Assembly (NCBI GenBank): GCA_964016885.1
Contig: OZ024740.1
Location: 19,840,001-19,904,000 of the forward strand
Source of the DNA: Eledone cirrhosa
Lineage: Eukaryota
Length of the DNA: 64,000 nt
Reading direction: 5' to 3'
How positions within the stretch are numbered: the stretch's first letter is position 1; each line of letters opens with the position of its first letter. Shown piece after piece: positions 1-12,400 of the stretch. The notes beneath the pieces were generated by a model. The model saw only the letters and a program-made list of their open reading frames with translations. It ran no database searches and was not told the origin of the DNA. A program made the translations under genes and the position numbers.

Positions 1-3000
1 ATGCAGTGTCCCGACAGCTAACAACTGATGCAGTGTCTCGACATCTAACAACTGATGCAGTGTCCCGACAGCTAACAACTGATACAGTGTCCCGACAGCT
101 AACAACTGATGCAGTGTCCTCTCGACAGCTAACAACTGATGCAGTGTCCTCTCGACAGTTAACAACTGATGCAGTGTCCCGACAGCTAACAACTGATGCA
201 GTGTCTCGACATCTAACAACTGATGCAGTGTCCCAACAGCTAACAACTGATGCAGTGTCCTCTCGACAGCTAACAACTGATGCAGTGTCCCGACAGCTAA
301 CAACTGATGCAGTGTCCTCTCGACAGCTAACAACTGATGCAGTATCCCGACAGCTAACAACTGATCCAGTGTCCTCTCGACAGCTAACAACTGATTCAGT
401 GTCCTCTCGACAGCTAACAACTGATGCAGTGTCCCGACAGCTAACAACTGATGCAGTGTCCTCTCGACAGCTAACAATTGATGCAGTGTCCCGACAGCTA
501 ACAACTGTTGCAGTGTCCTCTCGAAAGCTAACAACTGATGCAGTGTCTCGACAGCTAACAACTGATGCAGTGACCCGACAGCTAACAACTGATGCAGTGA
601 TTCGACATCTAACAACTGATGCAGTGTCCTCTCGACAGCTAACAACTGATGCAGTGTCCTCTCAACAGCTAACAACTGATGCAGTGTCCCGACAGCTAAC
701 AACTGATGCAGTGTCCTCTCGACAGCTAACAACTGATGCAGTGTCCCGACAGCTAACAACTGATGCAGTGTCCCGACAGCTAACAGCTGATGCAGTGTCC
801 CGACAGCTAACAACTGATGCAGTGTCTCGACAGCTAACAACTGATGCAGTGTCCTCTCGACAGCTAACAACTGATGCAGTGTCCCGACAGCTAACAACTG
901 ATGCAGTGTCCTCTCGACAGCTAACAACTGATGCAGTGTTCTTCCGACAGCTAACAACTGATGCAGTGTCTTCTCGACAGTTAAAACTGATGCAGTGATT
1001 CGACATCGAACAACTGATGCAGTGTCCTCTCGACAGCTAACAACTGATGCAGTGATTCGACAGCTAACAACTGATGCAGTGTCCTCTCGACAGCTAACAA
1101 CTGATGCAGTGATTCGACATCTAACAACTGATACAGTGTCCTCTCGACAGCTAACAACTGATGCAGTGTCCCGACAGCTAACAACTGATGCAGTGTCCTA
1201 TCGGCACCTAACAACTGATGCAGTGTCCTCTCGACAGCTAACAACTGATGCAGTGTCCCGACAGCTAACAACTGATGCAGTGTCTCGACATCTAACAACT
1301 GATGCAGTGTCCCGACAGCTAACAACTGATACAGTGTCCCGACAGCTAACAACTGATGCAGCGTCCTCTCGACAGCTAACAACTGATGCAGTGTCCTCTC
1401 GACAGCTAACAATTGATGCAGTGTCTCGACAGCTAACAACTGATGCAGTGTCTCGGCAGCTAACAATAGATGCAGTGTCCTTCCGACAGCTAACAACTGA
1501 TGCAGTGTCCTCTCGACAGCTAACAACTGATGCAGTGTCTTCTCGACAGCTAACAACTGATGCAGTGTCCTGACAGCTAACAACTGATGCAGTGTCTCGA
1601 CAGCTGAGAAATGATGCAGTGATTCGACAGCTAACAACTGATGGAGTGTCCCGACAGCTAACAACTGATGCAGTGTCTAGACAGCTAACAACTGATGCAG
1701 TGTCTCGACAGCTAACAACTGATGCAGTGTCCTTCCGAAAGCTAACAACTGATGCAGTTTCCTCTCGACAGGTAACAACTGATGCAGTGATTCGACATCT
1801 AACAACTGATGCAGTGTCCTCTCGACAGCTAACAACTGATGCAGTGATTCGACAGCTAACAACTGATGCAGTGTCCTCAAAACTGCTAACAACTAAAGCA
1901 GTGATTCGACATCTAACAACTGATACAGTGTCCTCTCGACAGCTAACAACTGATGCAGTGCGCAGACAGCTAACAACTGATGCAGTGTCCTCTCGACAGC
2001 TAACAAAATATGCAGTTTCCTCTCGACAGCTAACACCTGATGCAGTGTCCTTTCGACAGCTAACAACTGATGCAGTGTCCTCTCGACAGCTAACAAAATA
2101 TGCAGTTTCTTCTCGACAGCTAACAACTGGTGCAGTGTCCTCCCGACAGATAACAACTGATGCAGTGTCCTCTCGACAGCTAACAACTGATGCAGTGTTC
2201 CGACAGCTAACAACTGATGCAGTGTCCCAACAGCTAATAACTGATGCAGTGTCCCGAAAGCTAACAACTGATGCAGTGTCTCGACAGCTAACAACTGATG
2301 CAGTGTCCCGAAAGCTAACAAGTGATGCAGTGTCTCGACAGCTAACAACTGATGCAGTGTCCCGAAAACTAACAACTGATGCAGTGTCTCGACAGCTAAC
2401 AACTGATGCAGTGTCCCAACAGCTAACAACTGATGCATTGTCCCGAAAGCTAACAACTGATGCAGTGTCTCGACAGCTAACAACTGATGCAGTGTCCTCT
2501 CGACAGCTAGCAACTGATTCAGTGTCCTCTCGACAGCTAACAACTGATGCAGTGTCCCGACAGCTAACAACTGATGCAGTGTCCTCTCGACAGCTAACAA
2601 CTGATGCAGTGTCCCGACAGCTAACAACTGATGCAGTGTCCTCTCGACAGCTAACAACTGATGCAGTGTCCCGACAGCTAACAGCTGATGCAGTGTCCCG
2701 ACAGCTAACATCTGATGCAGTGTCTCGACAGCTAACAACTGATGCAGTGTCCTCTCGACAGCTAACAACTGATGCAGTGTCCCGACAGCTAACAACTGAT
2801 GCAGTGTCCTATCGGCACCTAACAACTGATGCAGTGTCCTCTCGACAGCTAACAACTGATGCAGTGTCCCGACAGCTAACAACTGATGCAGTGTCTCGAC
2901 ATCTAACAACTGATGCAGTGTCCCGACAGCTAACAACTGATACAGTGTCCCGACAGCTAACAACTGATGCAGTGTCCTCTCGAAAGCTAACAACTGATGC

Positions 3001-4075
3001 AGTGTCCTCTCGACAGCTAACAATTGATGCAGTGTCTCGGCAGCTAACAACTGATGCAGTCTCTCGGCAGCTAACAATAGATGCAGTGTCCTTCCGACAG
3101 CTAACAACTGATGCAGTGTCCTCTCGACAGCTAACAACTGATGCAGTGTCCTCTAGACAGCTAACAACTGATGCAGTGTCCCGACAGCTAACAACTGATG
3201 CAGTGTCTCGACAGCTGAGAAATGATGCAGTGATTCGACAGCTAACAACTGATGCAGTGTCTCGACAGCTAACAACTGATGCAGTGTCTCGACAGCTAAC
3301 AACTGATGCAGTGTCCTTCCGAAAGCTAACAACTGATGCAGTGTCCTCTCGACAGGTAACAACTGATGCAGTGATTCGACATCTAACAACTGATGCAGTG
3401 TCCTCTCGACAGCTAACAACTGATGCAGTGATTCGACAGCTAACAACTGATGCAGTGTCCTCAGGACAGCTAACAACTAAAGCAGTGATTCGACATCTAA
3501 CAACTGATACAGTGTCCTCTCGACAGCTAACAACTGATGCAGTGCTCAGACAGCTAACAACTGATGCAGTGTCCTCTCGACAGCTAAAAAAATATGCAGT
3601 TTCCTCTCGACAGCTAACACCTGATGCAGTGTCCTTTCGACAGCTAACAACTGATGCAGTGTCCTCTCGACAGCTAACAAAATATGCAGTTTCTTCTCGA
3701 CAGCTAACAACTGGTGCAGTGTCCTCCCGACAGATAACAACTGATGCAGTGTCCTCTCGACAGCTAACAACTGATGCAGTGTTCCGACAGCTAACAACTG
3801 ATGCAGTGTCTCGACAGCTAACAACTGATGCAGTGTCCTTCCGACAGCTAACAACTGATGCAGTGTCCTCTCGACAGCTAACAACTGATGCTGTGTCCCA
3901 ACAGCTAACAGCTGATGCAGTGTCCTCTCGACAGCTAACAACTGATGCAGTGTCCCGACAGCTAACAACTGATGCAGTGTCCTCTCGACAGCTAACAACT
4001 GATGCAGTGTCCTCTCGACAGCTAACAACTGATGCAGTGTTCCGACAGCTAGCAACTGATGCAGTGTCTCGACAT

Positions 4076-7000
4076 CTAACAACTGATGCAGTGTCCCGAC
4101 AGCTAACAACTGATACAGTGTCCCGACAGCTAACAACTGATGCAGTGTCCTCTCGACAGCTAACAACTGATGCAGTGTCCTCTCGACAGCTAACAATTGA
4201 TGCAGTGTCTCGACAGCTAGCAACTGATGCAGTGTCTCGACAGCTAACAATAGATGCAGTGTCCTTCCGACAGCTAACAACTGATGCAGTGTCCTCTCGA
4301 CAGCTAACAACCGATGCAGTGTCCTCTCGACAGCTAACAACTGATGCAGTGTCCCGACAGCTAACAACTGCTGCAGTGTCTCGACAGCTAAGGAATGATG
4401 CAGTGATTCGATAGCTAACAACTGATGGAGTGTCTCGACAGCTAACAACTGATGCAGTGTCTCGACAGCTAACAACTGATGCAGTGTCCTTCCGACAGCT
4501 AACAACTGATGCAGTGTCCTCTCGACAGGTAACAACTGATGCAGTGATTCGACATCTAACAACTGATGCAGTGTCCTCTCGACAGCTAACAACTGATGCA
4601 GTGATTCGACAGCTAACAACTGATGCAGTGTCCTCAGGACAGCTAACAACTAAAGCAGTGATTCGACATCTAACAACTGATACAGTGTCCTCTCGACAGC
4701 TAACAACTGATGCAGTGCTCAGACAGCTAACAACTGATGCAGTGTCCTCTCGACAGCTAACAAAATATGCAGTTTCCTCTCGACAGCTAACACCTGATGC
4801 AGTGTCCTTTCGACAGCTAACAACTGATGCAGTGTCCTCTCGACAGCTAACAAAATATGCAGTTTCTTCTCGACAGCTAACAACTGGTGCAGTGTCCTCC
4901 CGACAGATAACAACTGATGCAGTGTCCTCTCGACAGCTAACAACTGATGCAGTGTTCCGACAGCTAACAACTGATGCAGTGTCTCGACAGCTAACAACTG
5001 ATGCAGTGTCCTTCCGACAGCTAACAACTGATGCAGTGTCCTCTCGACAGCTAACAACTGATGCTGTGTCCCAACAGCTAACAGCTGATGCAGTGTCCTC
5101 TCGACAGCTAACAACTGATGCAGTGATTCGACATCTAACAACTGATGCAGTGTCCTCTCGACAGCTAACAACTGATGCAGTGTCCCGACAGCTAACAACT
5201 GATGCAGTGTCCTCTCGACAGCTAACAACTGATGCAGTGTCCTCTCGACAGCTAACAACTGATGCAGTGTTCCGACAGCTAACAACTGATGCAGTGTCTC
5301 GACATCTAACAACTGATGCAGTGTCCCGACAGCTAACAACTGATACAGTGTCCCGACAGCTAACAACTGATGCAGTGTCCTCTCGACAGCTAACAACTGA
5401 TGCAGTGTCCTCTCGACAGCTAACAATTGATGTAGTGTCTCGACAGCTAGCAACTGATGCAGTGTCTCGACAGCTAACAATAGATGCAGTGTCCTTCCGA
5501 CAGCTAACAACTGATGCAGTGTCCTCTCGACAGCTAACAACCGATGCAGTGTCCTCTCGACAGCTAACAACTGATGCAGTGTCCCGACAGCTAACAACTG
5601 ATGCAGTGTCTCGACAGCTAAGAAATGATGCAGTGATTCGATAGCTAACAACTGATGGAGTGTCTCGACAGCTAACAACTGATGCAGTGTCTCGACAGCT
5701 AACAACTGATGCAGTGTCCTTCCGACAGCTAACAACTGATGCAGTGTCCTCTCGACAGGTAACAACTGATGCAGTGATTCGACATCTAACAACTGATTCA
5801 GTGTCCTCTCGACAGCTAACAACTGATGCAGTGATTCGACAGTTAACAACTGATGCAGTGTCCTCAGGACAGCTAACAACTAAAGCAGTGATTCGACATC
5901 TAACAACTGATACAGAGTCCTCTCGACAGCTAACAACTGATGCAGTGCTCAGACAGCTAACAACTGATGCAGTGTCCTCGCGACAGCTAACAACTGATGC
6001 AGTGTCCCGACAGCTAAAAACTGATGCAGTGTCTCGACAGCTAACAACTGATGCAGTGTCCTCTCGACAGCTAACAAAATATGCAGTTTCCTCTCGACAG
6101 CTAACAACTGATACAGTGTCCCGACAGCTAACAACTGATGCAGTGTCCTCTCGACAGCTAACAACTGATGCAGTGTCCTCTCGACAGTTAACAACTGATG
6201 CAGTGTCCCGACAGCTAACAACTGATGCAGTGTCTCGACATCTAACAACTGATGCAGTGTCCCAACAGCTAACAACTGATGCAGTGTCCTCTCGACAGCT
6301 AACAACTGATGCAGTGTCCCGACAGCTAACAACTGATGCAGTGTCCTCTCGACAGCTAACAACTGATGCAGTATCCCGACAGCTAACAACTGATCCAGTT
6401 TCCTCTCGACAGCTAACAACTGATTCAGTGTCCTCTCGACAGCTAACAACTGATGCAGTGTCCCGACAGCTAACAACTGATGCAGTGTCCTCTCGACAGC
6501 TAACAATTGATGCAGTGTCCCGACAGCTAACAACTGTTGCAGTGTCCTCTCGAAAGCTAACAACTGATGCAGTGTCTCGACAGCTAACAACTGATGCAGT
6601 GACCCGACAGCTAACAACTGATGCAGTGATTCGACATCTAACAACTGATGCAGTGTCCTCTCGACAGCTAACAACTGATGCAGTGTCCTCTCAACAGCTA
6701 ACAACTGATGCAGTGTCCCGACAGCTAACAACTGATGCAGTGTCCTCTCGACAGCTAACAACTGATGCAGTGTCCCGACAGCTAACAACTGATACAGTGT
6801 CCCGACAGCTAACAACTGATGCAGTGTCCTCTCGACAGCTAACAACTGATGCAGTGTCCTCTCGACAGCTAACAATTGATGCAGTGTCTCGACAGCTAGC
6901 AACTGATGCAGTGTCTCGACAGCTAACAATAGATGCAGTGTCCTTCCGACAGCTAACAACTGATGCAGTGTCCTCTCGACAGCTAACAACCGATGCAGTG

Positions 7001-9433
7001 TCCTCTCGACAGCTAACAACTGATGCAGTGTCCCGACAGCTAACAACTGCTGCAGTGTCTCGACAGCTAAGGAATGATGCAGTGATTCGATAGCTAACAA
7101 CTGATGGAGTGTCTCGACAGCTAACAACTGATGCAGTGTCTCGACAGCTAACAACTGATGCAGTGTCCTTCCGACAGCTAACAACTGATGCAGTGTCCTC
7201 TCGACAGGTAACAACTGATGCAGTGATTCGACATCTAACAACTGATGCAGTGTCCTCTCGACAGCTAACAACTGATGCAGTGATTCGACAGCTAACAACT
7301 GATGCAGTGTCCTCAGGACAGCTAACAACTAAAGCAGTGATTCGACATCTAACAACTGATACAGTGTCCTCTCGACAGCTAACAACTGATGCAGTGCTCA
7401 GACAGCTAACAACTGATGCAGTGTCCTCTCGACAGCTAACAAAATATGCAGTTTCCTCTCGACAGCTAACACCTGATGCAGTGTCCTTTCGACAGCTAAC
7501 AACTGATGCAGTGTCCTCTCGACAGCTAACAAAATATGCAGTTTCTTCTCGACAGCTAACAACTGGTGCAGTGTCCTCCCGACAGATAACAACTGATGCA
7601 GTGTCCTCTCGACAGCTAACAACTGATGCAGTGTTCCGACAGCTAACAACTGATGCAGTGTCTCGACAGCTAACAACTGATGCAGTGTCCTTCCGACAGC
7701 TAACAACTGATGCAGTGTCCTCTCGACAGCTAACAACTGATGCTGTGTCCCAACAGCTAACAGCTGATGCAGTGTCCTCTCGACAGCTAACAACTGATGC
7801 AGTGATTCGACATCTAACAACTGATGCAGTGTCCTCTCGACAGCTAACAACTGATGCAGTGTCCCGACAGCTAACAACTGATGCAGTGTCCTCTCGACAG
7901 CTAACAACTGATGCAGTGTCCTCTCGACAGCTAACAACTGATGCAGTGTTCCGACAGCTAACAACTGATGCAGTGTCTCGACATCTAACAACTGATGCAG
8001 TGTCCCGACAGCTAACAACTGATACAGTGTCCCGACAGCTAACAACTGATGCAGTGTCCTCTCGACAGCTAACAACTGATGCAGTGTCCTCTCGACAGCT
8101 AACAATTGATGCAGTGTCTCGACAGCTAGCAACTGATGCAGTGTCTCGACAGCTAACAATAGATGCAGTGTCCTTCCGACAGCTAACAACTGATGCAGTG
8201 TCCTCTCGACAGCTAACAACCGATGCAGTGTCCTCTCGACAGCTAACAACTGATGCAGTGTCCCGACAGCTAACAACTGATGCAGTGTCTCGACAGCTAA
8301 GAAATGATGCAGTGATTCGATAGCTAACAACTGATGGAGTGTCTCGACAGCTAACAACTGATGCAGTGTCTCGACAGCTAACAACTGATGCAGTGTCCTT
8401 CCGACAGCTAACAACTGATGCAGTGTCCTCTCGACAGGTAACAACTGATGCAGTGATTCGACATCTAACAACTGATTCAGTGTCCTCTCGACAGCTAACA
8501 ACTGATGCAGTGATTCGACAGTTAACAACTGATGCAGTGTCCTCAGGACAGCTAACAACTAAAGCAGTGATTCGACATCTAACAACTGATACAGAGTCCT
8601 CTCGACAGCTAACAACTGATGCAGTGCTCAGACAGCTAACAACTGATGCAGTGTCCTCGCGACAGCTAACAACTGATGCAGTGTCCCGACAGCTAAAAAC
8701 TGATGCAGTGTCTCGACAGCTAACAACTGATGCAGTGTCCTCTCGACAGCTAACAAAATATGCAGTTTCCTCTCGACAGCTAACAACTGATACAGTGTCC
8801 CGACAGCTAACAACTGATGCAGTGTCCTCTCGACAGCTAACAACTGATGCAGTGTCCTCTCGACAGTTAACAACTGATGCAGTGTCCCGACAGCTAACAA
8901 CTGATGCAGTGTCTCGACATCTAACAACTGATGCAGTGTCCCAACAGCTAACAACTGATGCAGTGTCCTCTCGACAGCTAACAACTGATGCAGTGTCCCG
9001 ACAGCTAACAACTGATGCAGTGTCCTCTCGACAGCTAACAACTGATGCAGTATCCCGACAGCTAACAACTGATCCAGTTTCCTCTCGACAGCTAACAACT
9101 GATTCAGTGTCCTCTCGACAGCTAACAACTGATGCAGTGTCCCGACAGCTAACAACTGATGCAGTGTCCTCTCGACAGCTAACAATTGATGCAGTGTCCC
9201 GACAGCTAACAACTGTTGCAGTGTCCTCTCGAAAGCTAACAACTGATGCAGTGTCTCGACAGCTAACAACTGATGCAGTGACCCGACAGCTAACAACTGA
9301 TGCAGTGATTCGACATCTAACAACTGATGCAGTGTCCTCTCGACAGCTAACAACTGATGCAGTGTCCTCTCAACAGCTAACAACTGATGCAGTGTCCCGA
9401 CAGCTAACAACTGATGCAGTGTCCTCTCGACAG
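4076..9433 (+). repeat. Tandem higher-order duplication, 2 x 2,679 bp (about 4076-6754 and 6755-9433), each made of 1,230 + 1,449 bp sub-blocks
   Basis: ORF starts 4430/7109 and 5660/8339 are offset by exactly 2,679. Both copies share the private variants CTAAGGAATG (~4388/~7067), ATTCGATAG stops (4412/7091, 5642/8321) and GATACAGAG. One visible difference is GATGTAG at ~5430 vs GATGCAG at ~8109. Confidence 0.93.
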
Positions 9434-12400
9434 CTAACAACTGATGCAGTGTCCCGACAGCTAACAACTGATGCAGTGTCCTCTCGACAGCTAACAACTG
9501 ATGCAGTGTCCCGACAGCTAACAGCTGATGCAGTGTCCCGACAGCTAACAACTGATGCAGTGTCTCGACAGCTAACAACTGATGCAGTGTCCTCTCGACA
9601 GCTAACAACTGATGCAGTGTCCCGACAGCTACCAACTGATGCAGTGTCCTCTCGACAGCTAACAACTGATGCAGTGTTCTTCCGACAGCTAACAACTGAT
9701 GCAGTGTCTTCTCGACAGTTAAAACTGATGCAGTGATTCGACATCGAACAACTGATGCAGTGTCCTCTCGACAGCTAACAACTGATGCAGTGATTCGACA
9801 GCTAACAACTGATGCAGTGTCCTCTCGACAGCTAACAACTGATGCAGTGATTCGACATCTAACAACTGATACAGTGTCCTCTCGACAGCTAACAACTGAT
9901 GCAGTGTCCCGACAGCTAACAACTGATGCAGTGTCCTATCGGCACCTAACAACTGATGCAGTGTCCTCTCGACAGCTAACAACTGATGCAGTGTCCCGAC
10001 AGCTAACAACTGATGCAGTGTCTCGACATCTAACAACTGATGCAGTGTCCCGACAGCTAACAACTGATACAGTGTCCCGACAGCTAACAACTGATGCAGC
10101 GTCCTCTCGACAGCTAACAACTGATGCAGTGTCCTCTCGACAGCTAACAATTGATGCAGTGGCTCGACAGCTAACAACTGATGCAGTGTCTCGGCAGCTA
10201 ACAATAGATGCAGTGTCCTTCCGACAGCTAACAACTGATGCAGTGTCCTCTCGACAACTAACAACTGATGCAGTGTCTTCTCGACAGCTAACAACTGATG
10301 CAGTGTCCTGACAGCTAACAACTGATGCAGTGTCTCGACAGCTGACAACTGATGGAGTGTCTCGACAGCTAACAACTGATGCAGTGTCTCGACAGCTAAC
10401 AACTGATGCAGTGTCCTTCCGAAAGCTAACAACTGATGCAGTGTCCTCTCGACAGGTAACAACTGATGCAGTGATTCGACATCTAACAACTGATGCAGTG
10501 TCCTCTCGACAGCTAACAACTGATGCAGTGATTCGACAGCTAACAACTGATGCAGTGTCCTCAGGACTGCTAACAACTAAAGCAGTGATTCGACATCTAA
10601 CAACTGATACAGTGTCCTCTCGACAGCCATCAACTGATGCAGTGCGCAGACAGCTAACAACTGATGCAGTGTCCTCTCGACAGCTAACAAAATATGCAGT
10701 TTCCTCTCGACAGCTAACACCTGATGCAGTGTCCTTTCGACAGCTAACAACTGATGCAGTGTCCTCTCGACAGCTAACAACTGATGCAGTGTCCTCTCGA
10801 CAGCTAACAACTGATGCAGTGTTCCGACAGCTAACAACTGATGCAGTGTCCCCTCGACAGCTAACAACTGATACAGTGTCCCAACAGCTAATAACTGATG
10901 CAGTGTCCCGAAAGCTAACAACTGATGCAGTGTCTCGACAGCTAACAACTGATGCAGTGTCCCGAAAGCTAACAAGTGATGCAGTGTCTCGACAGCTAAC
11001 AACTGATGCAGTGTCCCGAAAACTAACAACTGATGCAGTGTCTCGACAGCTAACAACTGATGCAGTGTCCCAACAGCTAACAACTGATGCAGTGTCCCGA
11101 AAGCTAACAACTGATGCAGTGTCTAGACAGCTAACAACTGATGCAGTGTCTCGACAGCTAACAACTGATGCAGTGTCCTCTCGACAGCTAGCAACTGATT
11201 CAGTGTCCTCTCGACAGCTAACAACTGATGCAGTGTCCCGACAGCTAACAACTGATGCAGTGTCCTCTCGACAGCTAACAACTGATGCAGTGTCCCGACA
11301 GCTAACAACTGATGCAGTGTCCTCTCGACAGCTAACAACTGATGCAGTGTCCCGACAGCTAACAGCTGATGCAGTGTCCCGACAGCTAACATCTGATGCA
11401 GTGTCTCGACAGCTAGCAACTGATGCAGTGTCCTCTCGACAGCTAACAACTGATGCAGTGTCCCGACAGCTAACAACTGATGCAGTGTCCTATCGGCACC
11501 TAACAACTGATGCAGTGTCCTCTCGACAGCTAACAACTGATGCAGTGTCCCGACAGCTAACAACTGATGCAGTGTCTCGACATCTAACAACTGATGCAGT
11601 GTCCCGACAGCTAACAACTGATACAGTGTCCCGACAGCTAACAACTGATGCAGTGTCCTCTCGAAAGCTAACAACTGATGCAGTGTCCTCTCGACAGCTA
11701 ACAATTGATGCAGTGTCTCGACAGCTAACAACTGATGCAGTCTCTCGGCAGCTAACAATAGATGCAGTGTACTTCCGACAGCTAACAACTGATGCAGTGT
11801 CCTCTCGACAGCTAACAACTGATGCAGTGTCCTCTAGACAGCTAACAACTGATGCAGTGTCCCGACAGCTAACAACTGATGCAGTGTCTCGACAGCTGAG
11901 AAATGATGCAGTGATTCGACAGCTAACAACTGATGGAGTGTCTCGACAGCTAACAACTGATGCAGTGTCTCGACAGCTAACAACTGATGCAGTGTCCTTC
12001 CGAAAGCTAACAACTGATGCAGTGTCCTCTCGACAGGTAACAACTGATGCAGTGATTCGACATCTAACAACTGATGCAGTGTCCTCTCGACAGCTAACAA
12101 CTGATGCAGTGATTCGACAGCTAACAACTGATGCAGTGTCCTCAGGACAGCTAACAACTAAAGCAGTGATTCGACATCTAACAACTGATACAGTGTCCTC
12201 TCGACAGCTAACAACTGATGCAGTGCTCAGACAGCTAACAACTGATGCAGTGTCCTCTCGACAGCTAAAAAAATATGCAGTTTCCTCTCGACAGCTAACA
12301 CCTGATGCAGTGTCCTTTCGACAGCTAACAACTGATGCAGTGTCCTCTCGACAGCTAACAACTGATGCAGTGTCCTCTCAACAGCTAACAACTGATGCAG

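Noticed and set aside
41-52. Integron attC inverse core (ATCTAAC = RYYYAAC in the CATCTAACAA variant)
   Set aside because: There is no matching downstream GTTRRRY on the same strand, no cassette ORFs and no integrase; this is a chance match.
81-92. V(D)J/Transib RSS-like heptamer (TACAGTG/TGCAGTG vs CACAGTG)
   Set aside because: The essential CAC is missing on this strand, and there is no nonamer at 12/23-bp spacing.
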